Shown here in pieces: positions 19,474 through 28,100 of a DNA stretch of 64,000 nucleotides. Under the pieces are notes generated by a model that saw only the letters and a list, made by a program, of their open reading frames with translations, made no database searches and had not been told where the DNA came from. Origin of the DNA: Actinomycetota bacterium (GTDB lineage: Bacteria > Actinomycetota > UBA4738 > CALAEC01); the NCBI GenBank assembly GCA_050692915.1, contig JBOGVU010000002.1:1631-65630 (forward strand), read 5' to 3'. Within the stretch, counting starts at the first letter, position 1. The number at the start of each line of letters is the position of its first letter. The position numbers and the translations under genes are program-made.

Positions 19474-19779
19474 ATGAAGGAGCCGCTGATCCGCGTAAGC
19501 GACATCCCGCAGGGCGGCACTGTGACCGCCGATCTCCTGGGGCGGGAGGTGCTGGTGATGCTCCTGAACGGCAAGCCGCGCGCCTACCTCAACGTTTGCA
19601 TGCACCACGGTGGTTCGCTGACGCTCGAAGGCGACACGTTCACCTGCGACTGGCACGGCTCGACGTTCGACGTGCGGACTGGTCGCGCACTTTCGGGACC
19701 GGTACGGCCGGATGCGAGGTTGATCATGCTTCCCACGCGGGTCGAGAACGGCGTCCTTACCTACGTCTACGAGGAGTGA
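19474..19779 (+). CDS. Rieske [2Fe-2S] domain protein
   Basis: CMH...CDWHGSTFD. Confidence 0.85.
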   Translation: MKEPLIRVSDIPQGGTVTADLLGREVLVMLLNGKPRAYLNVCMHHGGSLTLEGDTFTCDWHGSTFDVRTGRALSGPVRPDARLIMLPTRVENGVLTYVYEE

Positions 19780-19967
19780 CAAGCACAGGAACGAGACTGG
19801 AGGTGGTAGAGCGAGCGGGAATCGAAGTCCTCCGGGACGGCGTAGGGCCGGAACGCGGCAAGCGATTCGGCCAAGGAGCCAGGCTCGGCCACACCTCGAT
19901 TCGAAGGGAGACCGCGATGAATGGATGACGATCGTTCACCCGACAACTCCCGAAAGGAGGCGTAGTC

Positions 19968-20786
19968 ATGAGCTTCATCAAGACGAAGGATGGGACCGAG
20001 ATCTACTACAAGGACTGGGGGGAAGGCCCGGCGATTACCTTCTCACACGGCTGGCCGCTTAGCTCCGACGCCTGGGACGGACAGATGCTGTTTCTGGCGC
20101 AGCACGGCTTCCGCGCGGTCGCGCACGACCGGCGTGGTTTTGGCCGATCCAGCCAGCCCAATTCGGGGAACGACATGGACGGCTATGCAGACGATCTCGC
20201 CGCGGTGATCGAGACGCTCGATCTTAAGGACCTCACCCTGGTTGGCCACTCCACCGGCGGCGCAGAGGTCGCCCGCTACATCGGGCGCCATGGCACGGCA
20301 CGGGTCGCCAAGGCCGTTCTGATCTCCGCTGCGCTCCCGGCCTTGTTGCAGACCGATGCCAACCCAGAGGGTTTGCCGAAGGAGGCCTTCGACGGCATCC
20401 TCGCTGGCCTCATGGCGGATCGATCCCAGTTCTACAAGGGTCTGGCGATCCAGTTCTACGGTGCCAACAGACCCGGCGCGGAGGTCTCGCAGGGGCTGCT
20501 CGATCAGTTCTGGACGTGGAGCATGCAGTCCGGGCTGAAGCATTCCGGCGAGAGCGTTATGTCCCTCTTGAGGAACTTCACGGAGGACCTCGAGAAGTTC
20601 GACGTGCCGACCCTGATCTTGCACGGGGAGGACGATCAGATCATCCCGGTGCAGATCTCGGCTATGAGGTCCGCGCAGATCATCAAGGACGCGAAGGAGA
20701 TCATCTACCCGGGCGCGCCGCACGGGATTACCGCCACGCACCAGGACGCTATCAACTCCGAGCTGCTCAGGTTCCTGGAGAGCTAG
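19968..20786 (+). CDS. Non-heme haloperoxidase/arylesterase-like alpha/beta hydrolase
   Basis: YYKDWG, FSHGWPL, HDRRGFGRS, GHSTGG, HGEDDQ, PHG. Confidence 0.9.
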   Translation: MSFIKTKDGTEIYYKDWGEGPAITFSHGWPLSSDAWDGQMLFLAQHGFRAVAHDRRGFGRSSQPNSGNDMDGYADDLAAVIETLDLKDLTLVGHSTGGAEVARYIGRHGTARVAKAVLISAALPALLQTDANPEGLPKEAFDGILAGLMADRSQFYKGLAIQFYGANRPGAEVSQGLLDQFWTWSMQSGLKHSGESVMSLLRNFTEDLEKFDVPTLILHGEDDQIIPVQISAMRSAQIIKDAKEIIYPGAPHGITATHQDAINSELLRFLES

Positions 20787-20833
20787 CAGCGGTCGCCTTC
20801 CGCTCCGGCCCCCGAGATGAGGGGCCGGAGCGC

Positions 20834-21253
20834 CTATCCCATCTTCGATTGGCCGACCTCGATCAGGTGGCCGTCGGGGTCCCGGATGTAGCAGCGAATC
20901 TCGCGGCCACGGTCTGTCGGAGGCGTGAGGAACTGCGCCCCTTTGGCCCTCCAGTCTTCGTACACCGCGTGGACGTCCGCCACTCGGATGTTCATGCACG
21001 CGCTGACGCGGCTCGGATCCTGCGGCGTCACCATCTCCACGTCGGGCTTGTCCTCGGTCGGCTCGCCGCCCACGTTGATGATGATCCACGAGTTGTGGAA
21101 CTGGAGGATCACAGGGTCACGCTCCATCACGACTTCCGCCCCAAGGACATTCGTGTAGAAGTCCCGCGAACGGTCCTGGTCCTCGACGATCAAGAGCGTG
21201 GTGAGGACCACCCCCTCCTCTGGCGCGGGGAACTCAGGGTTCGCCATTCCCAT
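20834..21253 (-). CDS. VOC/glyoxalase family protein
   Basis: RSRDFYTNVLG..YIRDPDGHLIEVGQ; GGAGG RBS. Confidence 0.85.
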   Translation of the reverse strand: MGMANPEFPAPEEGVVLTTLLIVEDQDRSRDFYTNVLGAEVVMERDPVILQFHNSWIIINVGGEPTEDKPDVEMVTPQDPSRVSACMNIRVADVHAVYEDWRAKGAQFLTPPTDRGREIRCYIRDPDGHLIEVGQSKMG

Positions 21254-21321
21254 CACCTCCGTGGAGATCTGTGAGAGCCAACCTAACTCCCAGCCGACCA
21301 GGACGTTGGGAGTGCCCGCGG

Positions 21322-21540
21322 TTAGTCGAGGTGGTGGGCTTCCTGCAGGTTGCGGGCCGCGCCGATCAGGCCGATGTGGCTGAAGGCCTGAGGGAAGTTC
21401 CCGAGCAAGTCGCCTGCGACGGGGTCGATCTCCTCCGATAGGAGGCCGACGTCGTTCGTGTAGCCGAGAGCGTCTCGGACAGCTCGCGGGCGCGCTCGGT
21501 TTCCCCCGCTGTGGCCAGGTTCCCGACCAACCAGTTTCTC
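21322..21540 (-). pseudogene. C-terminal fragment of a glycoside hydrolase family 15 gene, frameshifted
   Basis: [27 protein letters not shown] matches the C-terminus of the intact GH15 at 60946-62760. Confidence 0.8.
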
Positions 21541-21554
21541 TGACTGCCGGGGTC

Positions 21555-21960
21555 GTCGTCCTGTTCCTGGTGGTCGGGGGAGCAGTCGCGGGCGTGTCCG
21601 GGAGCTTCATCGTGGCCTTCCCGTGGATCGGGCTGGGGCTGGGAGTCGTCCTCACCGCTCTGGGCGCGCAGGTTTTGGCGGGGCGCAGTCTTCACCTGTC
21701 CATCGTCGACGACTGGGCCGCTCGCCTGGCCAGGGACCCCCGGGCACCCTCGGCCCGGTCGTACGCGAAAACGGGGCGGTGTACGGTCTGGCCCCTCTGA
21801 GCTGCACGCTCCCGGCGTTGCTGGCGGTTATCGCGACGTCGCTATTGTCCGGGGGCTACCTGGCCGCCCTGATCCACTTCGTACTGTTCGGGATGAGAAT
21901 GGCCGCTGTGTTGGCCACGATGACCATCCTGGTCGGGTGGCTGGCCGGCCGGGGCCCCTC
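21555..21960 (+). pseudogene. CcdA/DsbD-like cytochrome c biogenesis membrane protein fragment, frameshifted
   Basis: Hydrophobic helices; YGLAPLSCTLP motif in a second frame; no start. Confidence 0.55.
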
Positions 21961-21987
21961 GAGCCCAAGGAAGGTCAGGGCTGATTC

Positions 21988-22133
21988 TTGTGGCTAATTT
22001 GTGGCTGACTCAGGTGACCTGACCTGATCTCAGCTGACCTGACACCACGTGTGAGCAGCGGATATGCCTGAGCCGACCTGGAACTGCACTCATAACCCAG
22101 AGGTCGCTGGTTCAAATCCACCCCGCGCAACCA
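21988..22133 (+). repeat. att junction 2: right-end module plus core (22089-22131, 1 mismatch, followed by CA giving CCA)
   Basis: TTGTGGCT at 21988/21999; 10-mers 22011-22050; GTGAGCAGCGGATATGCC; core. Confidence 0.93.
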
Positions 22134-22149
22134 AACGAAGTAGCAGGTC

Positions 22150-22181
22150 AGAAGGGGTGCCCAGCGATCGGCACCCCTTCT
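22150..22181 (+). terminator. Hairpin, left end of segment 3
   Basis: AGAAGGGGTGCC...GGCACCCCTTCT. Confidence 0.7.
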
Positions 22182-22227
22182 GTTTGGTCGTCGAAGAGAC
22201 CTCTCTGATACCCGTCTGATACCGAAC

Positions 22228-23454
22228 TCACGCGGTTGCCGCCCTCTCGAGAAGGGCCGCGAACCGGGAGATGGCCTCCTCTTCGAGCGCTGGGACCGCG
22301 TGCTGGTAGATGGCCTGGGTGGTGGCGACGTGCTTGTGGCCGAGGATCCGGCTCACCACTTCGGTCTGGATGCCCGCCTTCAGGCTCAGCGTGGCGAAGG
22401 TGTGGCGGAGGTCGTGGAACCGGATCCGGGGGAGCCCGGTCCGCTCCACCAGTCGCCGGAAGCGCTGGCTCACCGAATCGGGATCGAGGGGTCGGCCATC
22501 GTCCCGCCGGAAGACGAGCATGCGGTCGTCCTGAGTCCGGACCCTGGGGGCGGCCTCGAGCTGCCGCCGCCGGTGCTCCCTCAGTATCCCAGCCGTCTCC
22601 TCGTCGAGGGGTACGGCTCTTCGGCCTCGATCGGTCTTCGGCGGGCCGAACCGAAGCGGTGCTCCCTTGGGGCCTTTGGACAGAGCCTGGGTGACGTGGA
22701 GCCTGCGTGCGGCGAGGTCGAGCCCCGGCCAGGTCGCAGCGAGCAGCTCCCCTCGCCGCATCCCGGCGGTCGCCGCCAGGCGCCACAGGGCGTACAGGGG
22801 GTCGTCGTGGAGTTGGCTCAGGAACGACGCCAATTGCTCGTCGGTCCAGGTCTTCATCTCTCTGTGGATGGCCGGCAGCTTGTGGGCTCTTCGTGCTGGA
22901 TTCGCAGGTAGGAGGCCCTCTTCGACCGCGTCCTCCAGGACCTTGCGGAGGATCATGTGCACGTTGTGCACTGACTTGGGAGCGAGTAGCCCCTTCCCCC
23001 GGACGCGCCCCTTGGCCCTGATGTCGGAGTAGAAGGCCTGGATCATCGGACGGGTGAGGGCACGCAGCGGCACGCCCCCGATCCCGTAGTCGTCGTTGCA
23101 GATGTAGCGCCCTATGTTGACCGCGTAGTTGTCCGCGGTCGTGGGCCGCAGGTGGATCCTCGACGGGCGCCACCGCCCGAGGTACTCCCCGAGCGGCAGC
23201 TTCGACGGCGGCCCGAAGCTCCCCGATCGAAGGCTCCGGACGAGCTCCCCCAGCTCCCGCTCGGCCTCCTCCCTGGAGGGGAACCCCGAGCGGAACGTCT
23301 TCGATCGCTTCGCGACGCCGCTCGGGTGGGTATCCACGTAGAAGCCCCAGCTCGCGAACGCCGTCGACCCGCACCGACCGCACGCCCTCGCACCTTTCCT
23401 CCAGAACGACCCGCACGAGCACCGCTTCGCGATCACGCCCCTCCTCATGCCCAC
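22228..23454 (-). CDS. Tyrosine recombinase/integrase 2
   Basis: AGMRRGELLA, PKTDRGRR, HDLRHTFAT, ILGH, IYQH; N-terminal CSC..CGRC. Confidence 0.95.
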   Translation of the reverse strand: MGMRRGVIAKRCSCGSFWRKGARACGRCGSTAFASWGFYVDTHPSGVAKRSKTFRSGFPSREEAERELGELVRSLRSGSFGPPSKLPLGEYLGRWRPSRIHLRPTTADNYAVNIGRYICNDDYGIGGVPLRALTRPMIQAFYSDIRAKGRVRGKGLLAPKSVHNVHMILRKVLEDAVEEGLLPANPARRAHKLPAIHREMKTWTDEQLASFLSQLHDDPLYALWRLAATAGMRRGELLAATWPGLDLAARRLHVTQALSKGPKGAPLRFGPPKTDRGRRAVPLDEETAGILREHRRRQLEAAPRVRTQDDRMLVFRRDDGRPLDPDSVSQRFRRLVERTGLPRIRFHDLRHTFATLSLKAGIQTEVVSRILGHKHVATTQAIYQHAVPALEEEAISRFAALLERAATA

Positions 23455-23665
23455 CGCCTCCCTCCCTGGCTGGCGCCGTCTGGCTCCACGTGGGGAGTCT
23501 GCGGCGAATCACCTCGACGCGGAGGACGAGGCTCGCTGGGGGTGGCAACCAGCGATGAGGCCGGGACCTGCGGCTACGAGCGCCCCTGATACCGGCCTGA
23601 TACCGGGAGAGGCCCGGTGGACCGCTGATGTTGCCCGCAATCTTCCTCTCGCCCATGCTCCAGGC

Positions 23666-24847
23666 GTGTCTGGCCACCACGACTCTCACCTCGGGCTCTT
23701 CCTGCGCTTCTTCCGCTTCGGCCTGCTCGCGTGGGGCGGCCCCGTGGCGCAGATCGCGATGGTCCGGGAGGAGCTGGTCGAGCGGGAGGGATGGATCTCG
23801 AGGGAGCGGTTCAACCGCGTGCTCTCCGTGTACCAGTTGCTCCCCGGTCCGGAGGCACACGAGCTGTGCGTGTACTTCGGGTACGTGGCCCGAGGGCGTC
23901 TCGGAGGGCTCCTGGCCGGTTTGGGGTTCATGCTCCCTGGGTTCACGTTGATCCTCGCGCTCTCTTGGCTCTACGTCCGATATCGAATCACCGACGTGGT
24001 GCCGAACGGGCTCTTCTACGGGTTCCAGGCGGCCGTGTTGGCCCTGATCATCCGCGCGGTGCACCGGATCGGTCGCCACGTCCTGACGGACCCGTGGCTG
24101 TGGGGCATCGGCCTGGCGGCCACCGGGGCCGACCTCGCGGGTGTCCACTTCGGGGTCACCCTGGTCGTGGCGGGGGCCACCTACGCCGCGCTCCGCCGGA
24201 GGAGGTTCGTCCTGGCCGCGGGGGTGGTCCTCGCGGCCACGCTGGCGGCGGTCCTCGTTCCGGCCCTCCACTCGGCCCTGGAGCCCGGTCCCGCGGTCGC
24301 CGCCACGACCACCTCCACGCCGTCGCTCGCCCGCCTGTTCGGTTCGGGCCTCCTGGCGGGACTCCTCACCTTCGGGGGCGCCTACACGGTGATCCCGTTC
24401 CTGCGGCGGGAGGCGGTGGCCTCAGGCGCGTGGATGACCGACGCGCAGTTCGTCGACGGGATCGCCCTCTCGGGCATCCTGCCGGCCCCACTGGTGATCG
24501 TCGGGACCTTCGTGGGGTACGTGGGCGGCGGTCTTCCCGGGGCACTTGTCGTGACCGCAGGGATCTTCCTTCCCGCGTTCTCGTTCACGCTGATCGGACA
24601 CCGATACATCGAGCGGCTGGTGGATGTGCCGCAGTTTCACTCGCTCCTGGACGGCGTGACGGCGGGGGTCGTCGGCCTCATCGCGGCCACCACGATCCGG
24701 CTGGCGCCCACCTCCGTCCCGGACGTTCCCGCCGGCGTCGTCGCCGCGGCCGCGCTCGCGGTCCTGTACCTATGGAAATCCAAGATGGCGATCGCTGCCG
24801 TGATCCTCGGCGGAGGGCTCCTCGGGATCCTGGTCGTCCGGCTCTGA
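23666..24847 (+). CDS. chrA: Chromate efflux transporter (CHR family)
   Basis: Two repeats of GLLAWGG/GLLTFGG..A; LLPGPEA and ILPAPLV motifs; GTG start inferred. Confidence 0.88.
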   Translation: MSGHHDSHLGLFLRFFRFGLLAWGGPVAQIAMVREELVEREGWISRERFNRVLSVYQLLPGPEAHELCVYFGYVARGRLGGLLAGLGFMLPGFTLILALSWLYVRYRITDVVPNGLFYGFQAAVLALIIRAVHRIGRHVLTDPWLWGIGLAATGADLAGVHFGVTLVVAGATYAALRRRRFVLAAGVVLAATLAAVLVPALHSALEPGPAVAATTTSTPSLARLFGSGLLAGLLTFGGAYTVIPFLRREAVASGAWMTDAQFVDGIALSGILPAPLVIVGTFVGYVGGGLPGALVVTAGIFLPAFSFTLIGHRYIERLVDVPQFHSLLDGVTAGVVGLIAATTIRLAPTSVPDVPAGVVAAAALAVLYLWKSKMAIAAVILGGGLLGILVVRL

Positions 24848-24900
24848 CGATGCGTCGATATCATCGGTGACCGAGCTCAGTAGCGCTGGACCCCAGAATC

Positions 24901-25120
24901 TCGTGGCTAAATTGTGGCTGACTCAGGTGATGTGACGTGACGTCAGAGCACCTCATATGACCTGTCACCAGCGGATATGCCTCAGCTGACCCGCTTCGCG
25001 CGATCTCATAACCCAGAGGTCGCTGGTTCAAATCCAGCCCGCGCAACGAGCGAAGCGCAGTTGAAGGCGGCTCCCGAAACCCGGGAGCCGCCTCTCTTGT
25101 GGCCAATCTGTGGCTAGATT
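24901..25120 (+). repeat. att junction 3: right-end module, core 25005-25047, hairpin 25065-25093, left arm pair 25097/25108
   Basis: Perfect 43-bp core; both arm pairs present. Confidence 0.93.
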
Positions 25121-25145
25121 CCGCGGGGCGTTTCCGAGGCCAAAT

Positions 25146-28100
25146 TCACGAGGCGGACGGGCAGCGCTCGAGGTGGAGGTACTGGCGGCACTCGTCGTCC
25201 GTGAATCCTCTGGTCACCCGTTCTCGAGCTAACTCCATCAGCTCGTTCAGTCGCAACAGGTAGACGCGAACGCTCCCGTCGCCGCTCGATGCGGCAAGGC
25301 GACCCCCGTCCGGACTGAATGCGACCTCGTTGACGGCGAAGGTGGGGCCCATCAGCCTGAGGACCTCTTCCCCGGTAGCGGCGTCCCACACCCGGACGGT
25401 GGTATCGTCGCCCGCCGTGGCCACGAGCGAGCCGTCCGGGCTGAATCTCGCGTCCCAGACCACCCCCAAGTGCCCCTTCAACCCGACGAGTTCCTCGCCC
25501 GAGGCGAGGTCCCAGATCTTGGCGGTGCCGTCCCCCAGCGCCGTGACCAAGCGGCTTCCGTCGGGGCTGAAGTCGGAGCTGTACACGCGGACGCCTGCCT
25601 GGAACGTGCGCACCTCCCGCCCGGAGCCCACGTGCCACAGCTTGGCGGTTCCCTCCCAGCTCGCCGTGGCCAACCGGGACCCGTCGGGGCTGAAGGAAAG
25701 GCGGAAGACGGCGCCCTGGGGCGGTGTGGAGTCCGAGTGCTCGAGCCGGCGCACCATCGCGCCGGTGGATGCATCCCACAGGGTCACCGTCCCGTCGGCG
25801 CTGGCGCTGGCCAGAAGGCTCCCATCGGGGCTGAAGGCCACCGCCGGAAGCCAGAAGAACCTCGTTTCGGGTGTCAGGTTGTGGATGACGGCTGCCGATG
25901 ACACATCCCACACGGTCACGACGTGGGGTTCGACGACTGAGGAGGTGGTGGCGATCCGGCTGCCGTCCGGACTGAAGACCGCGTCCGACACCTCTCCCGT
26001 GCCCACCCGCAAGGTCCCGAGATGCTGTCCGGTGGAGGCGTCCCAGATGCGTACCTTTCCATCTCCCTCCCCGCCCGGGACCAGGAGGCGCGTCCCGTCC
26101 GGGCTGTATGCCACCTGAGCCTCGAGTCCAACGGGGCTGACGATGGTGAGGGCCTCCCGGCCTCCCTGGGGCGTGATATCCCAGATCCTTGCCGTCCCGT
26201 CGTCACTGCCGGTGGCCACGAGGGCGCCGTCGAGGCTGAAGGAGACGCTTCCGACCGATTCGCCATGGCCGGAGAGCACGAGGAGCTCCTTCCCGGTCTT
26301 CGCGTCCCACAGCCTCGCTGTGGCATCGGCGCTTCCGGTGGCCAGCCGGGTTCCGTCCCGGCTGAACTCGATGTGCCAGACCCAGCCGGTGTGGCCTTCC
26401 AAGGTGAGAAGCTCCCCGCCGGTTCGGATGTCCCAGACCTTCCCGGTCCCGTCGATGCTCGCGGTGGCCAGCTTTCGGCCGTCGGGGCTGAACGCCACCG
26501 ACGAGACGTCGTTGTCGTGACCGCGCAGCGTCAGAAGCTCCTCGCCCGTCCGAGCGTCCCACACGATGGCGGTCTTCGCGCCCAGGCACGCGCCGGCCGC
26601 GATCCTCTTCCCGTCGGGGCTGAACTTGTTTCCGCAGAGCCCGGTCCCCTCCGGATTCGAGGCAGTCAGCAGTTCCTCACCGCTGGCCGCATCCCAGATC
26701 CTGAGGACGCCCTCTGCCCCCGACGTAGCCACACGGGAGCCATCTGGGCTGAACGAGGCGCTGATCACCGAATCCTGATGCCCCGAGAGCGTGACGACCT
26801 TCTCGCCTGTGTCGGCATCCCACACGATCGACGTGCGGTCCTCGCTAGCCGTCACGAGGCGAGACCCGTCCGCGCTGAACTCGAGGTCGTTGACCCCACC
26901 GGCGTGGCCCTCGAGCGTCAGTAGCTGTTCGCCGTTGCTCGTGTCCCATAGGGCGGCGTCGCTTCCGCTCGTTCCGTGGGCGGAGCCCGCCGCGGCCAAC
27001 CGAGTGCCGTCGGGGCTCAGGTCCGTGGCTCCTCCGGCGGGTCCCACGCTCAACACGACGCGGGAGGCCTGGACGGCCTGGTGGAGGGCCTCGACCGCAT
27101 CCCTCCCCACCGGCAGCCCACCGGCCCGATAGGCGCGGATCGCCTCCAGGGCCAGGAGGATGCTCCGGTCGGGGTCCTCACCACGGCTGGCCACGGCGGC
27201 GGTCGCCAGTCCCTGGGCCATCGCTACGGTGGCCTCGCGCTCCGCCCGCCGTCGTTGGCCGAGGGCAAACGTCGCCAGCCCCGAGGCGATCAGGGCGGCC
27301 ACGGTGAGCACGGCCACGAGGGCTCTCAACCGGACGAGGGATCGGCGCTCCAACAGCGCCTCGTGGGCCTTCCGAGCCTCTTCGTTCGCCCGATCGGCCT
27401 CCCCCTGGGCCAGGCTTGCCTCGAGGTAGTCGCGCTCGTCCGCCGTGAGGGCCAGCCCGGATGACTCGGCCCACGCCTCGAACTGGTCGAGGTGGCCGCC
27501 CCGGACCAGATAGCTCGGGTCCCGGCCGGCTTCTTCCCACTCCCGAGCGGACGTCGCCAGGCGGCGATGCATCCTGACGTCCTCCCGGGCGCCCTCGATC
27601 CAGACTCGGAGACGAGACCATTCGCTGAGCAGGGCCTCGTGGGCCACCTCCACGGTGGGGCCACGGGTGAGGGGATCCCGGTCGAAGGAGAGGAGCCGGC
27701 GGGCTCCGAAGGTGTCGATCACCGACTCCATGGCCTCCCGGTCGACCTCGACCGAGGTGAGCTCGGCCCGCAGGACCCGCCGGCGAGTGTCCACGCTCCC
27801 TTCCTCTCCGAGGGTGACGAGGCGTAGGAAGAGCTGACGGGCAGCCTCCTTCCCCGCGTCGTTCAACCCCTCGTAGAGGTCCTCGGCCCGGCGAGCGAGG
27901 GCGCCGGAGACGCCCCCGATGTCCCGGTACGCCTCCAGGGTGAGGGTCGAGTCGGTCCGACGCTCGAAGAGCTCGGTGACGGCGTACTGGAGCAGCGGCA
28001 GGGCGCCGGGCTGGTCGGCTACGTCGGCCACGACCTCGGCGATCAGCCGGGGCTCCACTGCGATCCCGACGAGCTCTGCGGGACCGGTGACGGCCCGCTC

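Larger units (their letters stand above)
9291..22088. mobile_element. Segment 2: integrase 1 plus signalling/hydrolase cargo
   Basis: Bounded by cores at 9248 and 22089. Confidence 0.75.
22134..25004. mobile_element. Segment 3: integrase 2 plus chromate transporter
   Basis: Bounded by cores at 22089 and 25005. Confidence 0.78.

Noticed and set aside
23547-23574. Minus-strand CTCAT-CGCTGGTT resembling a deleted, inverted tRNA core near the integrase 2 upstream repeats
   Set aside because: Only 5+8 bp match with an 11-bp gap; compatible with chance in GC-rich DNA.
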